A stretch of DNA of 13,105 nucleotides from Fidelibacterota bacterium (GCA_043822705.1 JBDRBK010000193.1:1-13105), one strand, 5' to 3'. Counted from the stretch's first letter, positions 1-8,501 are shown. Numbers and translations: made by a program. The notes: generated from the letters alone by a model not told the origin.

Positions 1-1053
1 CAGCAGGGCGCAGGTCATCCTGGCCGCATCGGCGTACTTTTTAAACGAGCGGTAATGCTGGTGCGCCAGAATCTCGGTGGGCGCCATCACCGCCACCTGC
101 AGCCCGTTGCCCACCGCAATCGCCGCCGCCAGCACCGCCACCACCGTCTTGCCGGACCCGACGTCACCCTGCAACAGGCGGTTCATGGCTGCCGGCTGGG
201 CCAGGTCGCGGCGAATTTCTTTCACAACCCGTTTTTGGGCTTCGGTCAGTTCGAAATCCAGTTGATCGTACACCAGTTGCAGTCGGGTGCCGGTTTTATC
301 CATGGCCGGAGCGCCGGCCTGCTGCAGCGCGACCTTCCGCAGGGCCATCAGCAACTGCAGGAAAAAATGCTCATCGAATTTCAACCGTCGTGCGGCACCC
401 TGAAGTCGGTCGACATCCGAGGCATAGTGGATATTGCGCAGCGCTTCATCCAGTGACACCAGACCGTGTTTTTTCCTGAAGGTCGGTTGATATAAATCCG
501 GTACTTCCACCAGGGAATCGAGCGCGCCACGGATGATCCGTCGCAGGCTGCGATTGTCGATCCGGGCCGCCTTCAAGCCCTGGGTCAGGGGATAGAGCGG
601 AATGACGGCCCCGGTATTCAGCGGATCGTCGGTTTCACTGAGGACATCGAATTCCGGGTGAACGATCTGGAAACCGTTGTAAAATTCAATCTTGCCGTTG
701 ACGGCTAGGCGGGTGCCGACCTTGAGGGCCTGCTTGATGTAGCGGGCACCGTTGAACCAGACCAGCGTCAGCAAGCCGGTCTGATCAGAAATCACGGTCT
801 GGAAAAATTTGCGACGGCGGGCCTGGCGCTCGCCACAGACTTGAACCGTCCCGACCACGGTAGCGGTAGTGTCGCGCTGGATTGATTTAATTGGCGTAAC
901 GGTAGTGCGGTCCAGGTGACGGCGGGGAAAGTAATATAGCAGATCGGACAGATTGGTGATGCCGGCCGCCGCCAGGGCCTGGCCACGGGCCGGACCGACG
1001 CCTTTCAGAAACTGAACGGCGGTGTTCAGATCAAGCTGGGATCCGGCGCTCAA
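1..1053 (-). CDS. recG: ATP-dependent DNA helicase RecG (5' part; runs off the left edge)
   Basis: Translated by hand from TTG at 1053 (in-frame TGA immediately upstream): MSAGSQLDLNTAVQFLKGVGP...DLLYYFPRRHLDR...LVWFNG...IVHPEF...RRLKFDEHF...FELTEAQKRVVKEI...MNRLLQGDVGSGKTVVA...QVAVMAPTEILAHQH. These are the RecG N-terminal/wedge segments plus helicase motifs I and Ia. No stop codon before position 1. Confidence 0.97.
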   Translation of the reverse strand, partial: MSAGSQLDLNTAVQFLKGVGPARGQALAAAGITNLSDLLYYFPRRHLDRTTVTPIKSIQRDTTATVVGTVQVCGERQARRRKFFQTVISDQTGLLTLVWFNGARYIKQALKVGTRLAVNGKIEFYNGFQIVHPEFDVLSETDDPLNTGAVIPLYPLTQGLKAARIDNRSLRRIIRGALDSLVEVPDLYQPTFRKKHGLVSLDEALRNIHYASDVDRLQGAARRLKFDEHFFLQLLMALRKVALQQAGAPAMDKTGTRLQLVYDQLDFELTEAQKRVVKEIRRDLAQPAAMNRLLQGDVGSGKTVVAVLAAAIAVGNGLQVAVMAPTEILAHQHYRSFKKYADAARMTCALL

Positions 1054-1060
1054 TCAGCGG

Positions 1061-2449
1061 TCAGTTCCAAGCCTTGCGGAAGGTATAGGTAACCCTAACG
1101 GTGTCTTCGGCCGGCACCGATAGCGGGAAATGGATCGTGCTGGCGTCGACCTTGAGATACATCGTCGACTCGTTGCGAATTACCCAATCGCCGTTGATGG
1201 TTTCTTCCAGCCGGACCGATACCGCCTCCGCGCGGGTATTGATCACCATCAGCTCGATCGCCGCTTCTTCGCTTTTCTTCTGCCGATCGTAATTGAGTAC
1301 CTTACGTTTCCCGATCACGTCGAATGAACGCCCGGCGGTAATCGTCACCCACTCACCCTTGGGTACCTGGCGGATATTGTCCTCGCCGATGAACTCGATC
1401 GATCCCCGGGCGGTCATCTGATAGATCTCGATTTTTCCCTGGGGCAGCGGTTTGTTTAACTGGTTTTCGTCGTTGTTGGCGAACTTATATTCGGCCAGCA
1501 GCGGCTCCTCGCTTTGTCCCCGTTCCGAATTGCGAAAAACATAGGTCTTGATATAATTGATCCGGGAAGGGTTGTACAGGCGGACGGTGACGCTTTCCTG
1601 GCCGCTCAAACTGATCCGTTCCGGCAGGGAATAAATATGGTAATCGCCCAGACTGGCCGCCGTCGGCACAGCCGGCGCACCACTGACCGCTTCCATCACC
1701 ATTACGTCAGCAGACCGCCGGCTCAAGGGCCGCGGTTGACCAGCCCGGTTCAGATTGCCTTCCACCAGTTGCAGCTCCAGATCGCTGAAATCGAGTTCAT
1801 CGCGATTGGAAATGAATGCTTCGGTGATCAGTTCACCCTGGCTGGTGTCGGTGTCCAGGATCAGGCGGTAGACCGCATCCCAGTCGAAGCCGCGGGTCAG
1901 ATAAATCAGATCGCCGTGCACCGTCCGGTCGTTGCGCGAATACAGGTCCCAGCTCAGGTACGGCTCATAACGGGGCGAATCCACTTTGCCGGCAACGGTG
2001 ATCCACTTGACCTGATTACGGGCAAACATCTTCACGTAGCCCCGCTGCTGCAAGACCAGCCGGGCGGGACTAAATTCCACCAGAATGCCTTCTTCTTCCT
2101 TGCCGTCCAGCGTCTGCAATTCAACCTCGCTGCCGACCTGATCGGTAAAATATTTTTCCCAGGTGAACACATCGCGGTTCATCCGCTGATAACCGACCCG
2201 GGCGCCTTCGATCGTCAGGAAGGGCGAATCCTCAAATAGACCGGTCGGCAAAACGGCGTAATCAACCCGGGTGATACCGGTCTGTACCGTCCATTCCACC
2301 GGCTGTTTGATCAGGGCGGTGCCGTCTTTGTAGAGAGTCATGGTGGCCCCTTCCGACTGCGCGTCGACCCGGCCGAGCAGCAGGATTCCACCGATCAGCA
2401 CCAGCTGGCGGATAAATCCATTGGTTGATTCTTGAGGCCTGTGTTTCAT
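1061..2449 (-). CDS. DUF4139/DUF4140-type domain-containing secreted protein
   Basis: 462-aa ORF with an N-terminal signal-peptide-like segment (..LVLIGGILLLGRVDA|QS). Family-typical segments: 'MTLYKDGTALIK', 'LIYLTRGFDWDAVY', 'LQLVEGNLNR', 'LGDYHIYSLP', 'PLPQGKIEIY', 'FIGEDNI', 'GRSFDV', 'VRVTYTFR'. AAGGG upstream of the ATG. Confidence 0.8.
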   Translation of the reverse strand: MKHRPQESTNGFIRQLVLIGGILLLGRVDAQSEGATMTLYKDGTALIKQPVEWTVQTGITRVDYAVLPTGLFEDSPFLTIEGARVGYQRMNRDVFTWEKYFTDQVGSEVELQTLDGKEEEGILVEFSPARLVLQQRGYVKMFARNQVKWITVAGKVDSPRYEPYLSWDLYSRNDRTVHGDLIYLTRGFDWDAVYRLILDTDTSQGELITEAFISNRDELDFSDLELQLVEGNLNRAGQPRPLSRRSADVMVMEAVSGAPAVPTAASLGDYHIYSLPERISLSGQESVTVRLYNPSRINYIKTYVFRNSERGQSEEPLLAEYKFANNDENQLNKPLPQGKIEIYQMTARGSIEFIGEDNIRQVPKGEWVTITAGRSFDVIGKRKVLNYDRQKKSEEAAIELMVINTRAEAVSVRLEETINGDWVIRNESTMYLKVDASTIHFPLSVPAEDTVRVTYTFRKAWN

Positions 2450-2464
2450 GGTTTTGCCCTTCGA

Positions 2465-5098
2465 TTAGGTCAGCATATCCAAATTGGATTTTACTTTGGT
2501 CAGTTCCAGTGAAAAATCTTGTGCTTTCTGCTGTTCGCGTTCCACCACGGCCTGGGGCGCGCGGCTGGTGAAATTCGCATCGGCCAGTTTCTTACGCAGG
2601 CCGGCCAGGTGCTGTTCCAGCTCTGTCAAACGTTTTTGCAGGCGCGACCGCTCGAGGTCCAGGTCGATCAAGCCGCCCAGAGGAACGAACAATTCCAGCC
2701 GGCCGACCACCGTGGTAGCGGACTGCGGCGGCTTTTCCAGATCGCTGCCGGAATTTACCACCGCCAACCGGGCCAGTGTTTTGACGACGGCCACATTCGC
2801 CTCGATTTCCTGTCGATCCGCCTGCGGCCCGCGGATCACCAGGTCGGCCATTTTACCGGGCGGCACATTCATCCGACTGCGAATCGTCCGCACGGCGGTG
2901 ATGACATCCTGGAGGGCCGCCATTCGGTTGTCGATGGATTTGTCGATCCGGGCCATTTTGGCGTGGGGCCAGCCGGCGACGATCAAATCCGGTTCCTCCG
3001 GTCGGCGGAAATGGCACCATAATTCTTCGGTTATGAAGGGCGCATAGGGATGCAGCAGGTGCAGAATGTTTCTCAAAACGTGCACCGCTACGATCTTGGC
3101 AGAGCGGGCCAGGTCCGGATCATCGCCGTAAAACCGGGTTTTGGCAATCTCGATATACCAGTCGCAGAAATCACTCCAGGTAAACTCGTAAATCACCTTG
3201 GCGCCTTCGTTGAAATGAAAGCGGCCCAACTGGCGATTGACATTGACAATGGTCTGGTTGAGACGGCTGAGAATCCAGCGCTCGGGCAATTCCAGTCGGT
3301 GCAGCAATGCTTCATCAGGCTCCGGAATTTCCTCGTCCCCCAGGTTCATCTGGACGAAACGGGCGGCATTCCAGAGTTTGTTCATGAAATTGCGTCCCAC
3401 TTCCAAGCGTGCGGTGGAAAACAGCACGTCCAGCCCCTGGGGTGCCATCAGCATGATGCCGAAACGAACCGCGTCGGTTCCGAACTGTTCGAACAGGTCG
3501 AAGGGATTAGGCGAATTACCCAGCGACTTGCTGAACTTACGGCCCTGTTCGTCGCGCAGGATCGAGGTGAAATAAACATCGCCGAAAGGAATATCGCCGA
3601 GGAATTCCTGTCCGGCCATGATCATCCGCGCCACCCAGAAAAAGATGATATCCGGGCCGGTGATCAGGGTCTGGGTGGGATAAAAATAGCACAGATCGGC
3701 CGTATCGTCGGGCCAGCCGAAGGTAGCGAAGGGCCACAGCCAGGAGCTGGCCCAGGTGTCCAGGACGTCCGGATCCTGGGTCCAGTTTTCCGGATCGGGC
3801 GGCGGCGTCACGGCTACATGGAGGGCGCCGCTGGTATTGTGGGTCCAGACCGGAATCCGGTGCCCCCACCAGAGCTGGCGGCTGATGCACCAGTCCTTGA
3901 TATTGGCCATCCAGTGATTGAAGGTCTTGGTCCAGTGGGTCGGATGAAACCGGATACGTCCTTCCCGGACGGCCGCGATCGCCGGTTGTGCCAGCGATTC
4001 CATTTTCAGGAACCACTGCTCGGAAATATAATTTTCGATCGGGACGTTGCCGCGCTCGGAATAGCCCACTTTGTGGGTATAATCTTCAATTTTCTCCACC
4101 AGGCCCAGCGCCTCGAGATCGGCCACGACCTGTTTCCGGGCAACTTCCCGCGGGCGACTGCGATAGGCCGCCGGCACCTGCTCGTTGAGCGAGGCATCCT
4201 CATTCAGAATATTGATGAATTCCAGTCCGTGGGCCTCGCCCATGGCAAAATCATTGGGATCGTGGGCCGGCGTTACCTTGACGCAACCGGTGCCGAATTC
4301 CGGATCCACGAACTTGTCGGCGATCACCGGGATTTCCCGGTTCACCAGCGGCAGGATCAGGGTCCGCCCCACCAGGTGCCGGTAACGTTCATCGTCGGGG
4401 TTGACCGCCACCGCCGTATCGCCCAGCATGGTTTCGGGGCGGGTGGTGGCCACGGTGACGAATTCCGTGGAATCCTTGACCGGATATTTGAAATACCACA
4501 GGTGGCCGCGCACTTCGCGGTAAAGCACTTCCTCGTCGGAAATCGCCGAGCGCGAGACCGGACACCAGTTGACCATGCGGTGACCGCGGTAGATCAGACC
4601 GTGGTGGTACAGGCGTACGAATGCTTCCAGTACCGCCCGGGCGTAGCCATCATCCATGGTGAAACGCTCCCGCTGCCAGTCACAGGAACAGCCCAGTTTC
4701 TTCAACTGCTGGATGATGATACCGCCGTATTTCCGCTTCCATTTCCAGGCATGCTCCAGGAATTCCTCCCGGGTCAGATCGTCTTTGGCGATGCCCTGAT
4801 CCGCCAGCATCTGCACTACCTTGGTTTCGGTGGCGATCGAGGCATGATCGGTCCCCGGCACCCAGCAGGCTTCCCGGCCCTCCATGCGGGCCTTGCGGAT
4901 CAGGATGTCCTGCATGGTATTGTTGAGCACATGACCCATGGTCAACATGCCGGTGACGTTGGGCGGGGGAATCACGATCGTGTAGGGCTCGCGCTCCGGG
5001 TTCGGTGCGCCGTGAAAATAATTCTTTTTCTGCCAGTTCTCGTACCAGCGATCTTCAATCTGCGCCGGTTCGTAAATTTTACCTAATTGCGTCGTCAT
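2465..5098 (-). CDS. valS: Valine--tRNA ligase
   Basis: 877 aa with PPPNVTG-x-L-TMGH (HIGH-type motif), PGTDHASIATE, ATTRPETMLGD and VTPAHDPND (editing domain), DWCISRQLWWGHRIP, DVLDTW, KFSKSLGN (KMSKS-type motif), RNFMNKLWNA and a C-terminal coiled coil. Confidence 0.99.
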   Translation of the reverse strand: MTTQLGKIYEPAQIEDRWYENWQKKNYFHGAPNPEREPYTIVIPPPNVTGMLTMGHVLNNTMQDILIRKARMEGREACWVPGTDHASIATETKVVQMLADQGIAKDDLTREEFLEHAWKWKRKYGGIIIQQLKKLGCSCDWQRERFTMDDGYARAVLEAFVRLYHHGLIYRGHRMVNWCPVSRSAISDEEVLYREVRGHLWYFKYPVKDSTEFVTVATTRPETMLGDTAVAVNPDDERYRHLVGRTLILPLVNREIPVIADKFVDPEFGTGCVKVTPAHDPNDFAMGEAHGLEFINILNEDASLNEQVPAAYRSRPREVARKQVVADLEALGLVEKIEDYTHKVGYSERGNVPIENYISEQWFLKMESLAQPAIAAVREGRIRFHPTHWTKTFNHWMANIKDWCISRQLWWGHRIPVWTHNTSGALHVAVTPPPDPENWTQDPDVLDTWASSWLWPFATFGWPDDTADLCYFYPTQTLITGPDIIFFWVARMIMAGQEFLGDIPFGDVYFTSILRDEQGRKFSKSLGNSPNPFDLFEQFGTDAVRFGIMLMAPQGLDVLFSTARLEVGRNFMNKLWNAARFVQMNLGDEEIPEPDEALLHRLELPERWILSRLNQTIVNVNRQLGRFHFNEGAKVIYEFTWSDFCDWYIEIAKTRFYGDDPDLARSAKIVAVHVLRNILHLLHPYAPFITEELWCHFRRPEEPDLIVAGWPHAKMARIDKSIDNRMAALQDVITAVRTIRSRMNVPPGKMADLVIRGPQADRQEIEANVAVVKTLARLAVVNSGSDLEKPPQSATTVVGRLELFVPLGGLIDLDLERSRLQKRLTELEQHLAGLRKKLADANFTSRAPQAVVEREQQKAQDFSLELTKVKSNLDMLT

Positions 5099-5132
5099 CG
5101 TGGGTGCCGTATTTTCGTTCGGATTTCGCTGG

Positions 5133-5645
5133 TTAGCGTTCCAGGACCAGGCTGAAGGCCGTGGTCAGTTTCAGTACATTGCGGTTGGCCTTGACCAGGT
5201 TGGTGCACAGGATACCGCACATATTGCGCATCACCAGATAACCCATCTCCGGGCACCTGTCGCAGATTCGGAACAGGTCGGTCTTGAGGATTTTCGCCAG
5301 CCGGCAATCGCTGAGCGCCTTGACGCTGGCGGTGCGCCGGTCGCTTTCATTGAACAGGGACATTTCCCCGAACATCGGATGCACCGCGCTGGACAGGCGG
5401 ATGATCGATTTTTCGCGATTATCGGTGCTGCCCTTGCCGACGGCCAGGGTCAGGGCCTGATTGATTTCCACATCCCCTTCCAGCAGGAAGAAAATCGAAT
5501 CGCCAACATCGCCTTCGGTAATAAAATTATCGCCGGCCGGCACGAAAATTTCCCGGGTGACGGTGTGAAACTCTTCCAGCTTCTGTTCTGGGAGACCCTT
5601 GAAAAGCGTAAATTCCTGTAGATTCTTGATGTCCATGGCGGTCAC
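5133..5645 (-). CDS. Stand-alone cyclic nucleotide-binding domain protein (no HTH)
   Basis: 170 aa with 'LFKGL', 'FITEGDVGDSIFFLLEGDVEI' and the phosphate-binding cassette 'FGEMSLF...RRTASVKA', followed by a C-helix and the stop. The GTG start overlaps the upstream TGA (GTGA); an alternative ATG lies at 5636. Confidence 0.9.
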   Translation of the reverse strand: MTAMDIKNLQEFTLFKGLPEQKLEEFHTVTREIFVPAGDNFITEGDVGDSIFFLLEGDVEINQALTLAVGKGSTDNREKSIIRLSSAVHPMFGEMSLFNESDRRTASVKALSDCRLAKILKTDLFRICDRCPEMGYLVMRNMCGILCTNLVKANRNVLKLTTAFSLVLER

Positions 5646-6763
5646 GGTATGATGATGGCCCGCTCGTTGGGCTTGATCTGATAATGGCTGTTTGGGTTGA
5701 CCGTCACCGAAACACGGCTTTCCTCTTGCAGCGAAATACCGCCCTCTTTCAGCTTCCGCTCGATAAACGCATCCAGGGCTGAGGAGTCGGCCGATAGGAT
5801 TTCGCCGATTCCGAGGTTTTCTTCCTCGGAATAGACACCCACCAGTATCCAGCCTTCCTTTTCCCGGAAATGGTGGAACAGCTCATCGAAGGTGTGGCCG
5901 ATATAGCTGGCCGGTATATCCACCCGCCGGAAATGCGAGCGGGATTTGCTGTCCAGCAGGGAATTCACGGTCTGGGGAATACCCGGATGCATCACATGGG
6001 CGGCCACCATAAAAGCTCCGAAATCATCGCTGAGCACTACTTCGTCGGCGTTGGCACGCTTGATGTGGGTCAGGTTTTCACGATTGTTGAGATAGGCCAC
6101 CACCCGCACATTGGGCGCCAGACCTTTGATCGTCAGGGTGGCGAAGATCGTTTTTTCATCGGGACTGCCGCCGCCGTTGATCTGGTTGGGGATGATCATA
6201 ACCGTATCGGCATCCCGCAGGTTGGCGCGTTCGAGGATCGACTCGCGGGTGAAGTCACCAGCCACGAAATACAGGTCGATCTGCTGATAACGGTTTTTCA
6301 GCCGGCTGACATCATCCTCGCCCAGATCATTGATCAGGACCAGGTCGTGGTGTTTGTTGTCGGCCAGGAATTGCAGGGAATCAATGATCTGCTCCCCGGT
6401 TTTATTCCAGCCACAGAGGATCATATGTCCACTGAGATCTAATTTTTCCAATCCTTTATCCTCCCTGATTTTTCGGGCTACAAAGATCGAGGAGATGGTC
6501 GCCGTCAACAGGGATATCAGGGCGATGCCGGCAAACATCACCACCACCGCAAACATCCGTCCGATCGTGGAAACGGGGGCAAAGTCGCCGTAACCGACGG
6601 TGGTCATGGTAACGATCGCCCACCAGAAGGGATTAGCGCCTTCGACGATTTCACCGTTTTCCAGGAAGCGCAGGATCAGGCCGCCGATCACGTTAACGAT
6701 GAAAATTCCGCCGGCCACCTGGACAAAACGATTACGAACTAAATATCTGAACCATCTCCGCAT
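5642..6763 (-). CDS. Two-TM potassium channel with C-terminal RCK (TrkA-N/TrkA-C) domain, MthK/Kch-like
   Basis: Pore helix 'FWWAIVTMT' and selectivity filter TVGYGD (6584-6601) between two hydrophobic helices. Rossmann-like RCK segments follow: 'HMILCGWNKTG', 'FVAGDFTRESILERANL', 'DEKTIFATLTIK', 'IKRANADEVV'. Confidence 0.95.
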   Translation of the reverse strand: MRRWFRYLVRNRFVQVAGGIFIVNVIGGLILRFLENGEIVEGANPFWWAIVTMTTVGYGDFAPVSTIGRMFAVVVMFAGIALISLLTATISSIFVARKIREDKGLEKLDLSGHMILCGWNKTGEQIIDSLQFLADNKHHDLVLINDLGEDDVSRLKNRYQQIDLYFVAGDFTRESILERANLRDADTVMIIPNQINGGGSPDEKTIFATLTIKGLAPNVRVVAYLNNRENLTHIKRANADEVVLSDDFGAFMVAAHVMHPGIPQTVNSLLDSKSRSHFRRVDIPASYIGHTFDELFHHFREKEGWILVGVYSEEENLGIGEILSADSSALDAFIERKLKEGGISLQEESRVSVTVNPNSHYQIKPNERAIIIP

Positions 6764-6792
6764 CTTAAAAATTTACTATTTATCGCAATAAA

Positions 6793-6821
6793 ATTATACG
6801 GTTCAGTTGAAAACCGCAAAA
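6793..6821 (-). promoter_or_regulatory. Putative sigma70 promoter for the channel-cNMP-valS-DUF4139-recG operon
   Basis: Perfect TATAAT on the minus strand (6798-6793), about 30 nt upstream of the channel ATG. The -35 is weaker (TTGCGG at 15 nt or TTTTGC at 17 nt spacing). The leader is AT-rich. Confidence 0.55.
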
Positions 6822-6853
6822 ATTCCTCCCGTCCGGCGTTTCGCGACCGGAAT

Positions 6854-8296
6854 TCAATCCGCCGACGGAGCTACTCCCTCTGGTCCGGTAAACACCGCCA
6901 CGGTCTCGATATGGGGGGTGTGGGGGAACATATCCACCAGCGTCAGCCGATCCAGCCGATAGCCGGCTTCCAGCAGGGGGGCGATGTCGCGGGCCTGGGT
7001 CGTGGGGTTGCAGGACACATAGACAATCCGTTTAGCGCCCAGGCGCGGCAGTTGGCGGGCCAGTTTGTCGCTGATTCCGGCGCGGGGCGGATCGAGGACG
7101 ATCACATCAGCGGCCGGGAGGCGCTTCAGAATATCGCTGGCGTTGAAATATGTTTCGAGGTTGGCGGCATGGAAGCGGACGTTGGTGATCCGGTTGGCCA
7201 GGGCGTTGCGGGTGGCGTCTTCCACCGCCGAGCGGATCAGTTCGAAGCCGTGAACCTCGCGCGCCTGCCGGGCCAGAAACAACGAAATCGATCCGGTGCC
7301 GCAGAACAGGTCGTAGACTACTTCCTGTCCGGAAAGTGCCGCTCCCGCCAGAGCTGCAGCATACAATTTTTCCGCCTGAACGGTATTGGTCTGGAAAAAG
7401 GAATTGGCGGAAATTTCGAAGGCCAGGCCGTTCAGGTGTTCTGTAATTGTGGGTGTGCCGTACAACAGGATTTCCTTTTCGCCGTAGGAAACATCGGCTT
7501 GGCGAGTGTTGACATTATTGACGATCGAAACCACCTGGGGAATTTGTTCGGTCAGGGCCGCCACGATCGGCTGCAGTCCGTCGGGATTCTCCCAGGCCGT
7601 TACCAGATTGACCATCACTTGCTCCCCCCTGTCGGTAAAGCGCAGGGCAAGGTGCCGCAGAAAACCGATATGGGTCTTGGGATCGTAAGCCTTGAGACCA
7701 TTGGCCAAGGCCACTTCGCGCACCAGGCTGATAAGGGTGTTGCCTACCGCCGGTTGAATATGACATTCGTCAATGTCCAGGATTTTGTCGTACCGGCCGG
7801 GAATATGCAATCCCAGGGCGAAGTCCGGGCGGACCGGTTCCGGTTCGTCGGCCGTACGCCAGCGCAGGGCAGAGATTGTGAATTCCATCTTATTGCGGTA
7901 GTGGTAAATAGGATCGGCGGGAATGACCTCGGCGATCTCACAATCGCGCAGACCGGCCTGGCGCCGGAAAACATCCAGCACCTGCTGCCGTTTCTGGTCC
8001 ACCTGCCCGGCATAATCAAGTTGTTGGGCGTTGCAGCCGCCGCAGAGCGGAAAATGGGCGCAGGCCGGTGCCACGGCCTGGGGCGATTCCTTCAGTATTT
8101 CCAGGGCGCGCGCCTCGGCGTAACCGCTTTTTTTACGGTAGATCAATGCCTTGACGGTCTGGCCGGGAATGGCGTTTTTGACAAAGACCACCAACTCGCC
8201 GGCGCGGGCGACACCACGGCCGCCATAAGCCAGGGAATCGATCGTCAACTCAAGCTGGTCGCCTTTGCGAACTTGTGATTTTTGTTGTTCTGACAT
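6854..8296 (-). CDS. rlmD: 23S rRNA (uracil(1939)-C5)-methyltransferase RlmD/RumA
   Basis: N-terminal TRAM domain (IDSLAYGGRGVAR), [4Fe-4S] motif CAHFPLCGGC plus a distal Cys (DECHIQ), YRNKMEF, SFFQTN, SAM motif DLFCGTG, LDPPRAG, catalytic YVSCNPTTQARD, DMFPHTPHIE. Confidence 0.96.
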   Translation of the reverse strand: MSEQQKSQVRKGDQLELTIDSLAYGGRGVARAGELVVFVKNAIPGQTVKALIYRKKSGYAEARALEILKESPQAVAPACAHFPLCGGCNAQQLDYAGQVDQKRQQVLDVFRRQAGLRDCEIAEVIPADPIYHYRNKMEFTISALRWRTADEPEPVRPDFALGLHIPGRYDKILDIDECHIQPAVGNTLISLVREVALANGLKAYDPKTHIGFLRHLALRFTDRGEQVMVNLVTAWENPDGLQPIVAALTEQIPQVVSIVNNVNTRQADVSYGEKEILLYGTPTITEHLNGLAFEISANSFFQTNTVQAEKLYAAALAGAALSGQEVVYDLFCGTGSISLFLARQAREVHGFELIRSAVEDATRNALANRITNVRFHAANLETYFNASDILKRLPAADVIVLDPPRAGISDKLARQLPRLGAKRIVYVSCNPTTQARDIAPLLEAGYRLDRLTLVDMFPHTPHIETVAVFTGPEGVAPSAD

Positions 8297-8501
8297 GGTT
8301 CGAGTTTACGCCGATAACCACCGGAATACCGACGATCAAATCGCCGATTGCGGCACTGCGGCAAAGATAAATATTTTGGCCCGGATTACCTCGCCCGCTT
8401 TAACTTCCCACCGGGAAGTCGATATTAATCGCTCGTTTAGACTGTGTCATCCGCCGTCTTCCGAAAATTCCTGTTGCAGAGACAAACAGTCAGGAGTCAC
8501 C

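Noticed and set aside
3050..5086. 678-aa ORF on the + strand antisense to valS
   Set aside because: Shadow ORF: codon bias in a GC-rich gene keeps an antisense frame free of stops. It has no recognisable motifs.
5099..5132. T-box or attenuator upstream of valS
   Set aside because: Only 34 nt are available and no T-box motif is present.
6832..6851. Terminator after rlmD (TCCGG...CCGGA hairpin)
   Set aside because: The stem is short and imperfect and the U-tract is not adjacent on the minus strand.
6911..8278. 455-aa + strand ORF antisense to rlmD, and similar antisense or nested ORFs such as 55-456, 1514-2239, 2484-3047, 5100-5621, 5870-6442, 9036-9560 and 12525-12974
   Set aside because: All overlap well-supported genes on the opposite strand and look like shadow translations.
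8265..8501. N-terminal extension of the beta-propeller ORF in the ORF track
   Set aside because: It overlaps the rlmD start and buries the signal peptide. ATG 8502 has a clear AGGAG RBS.
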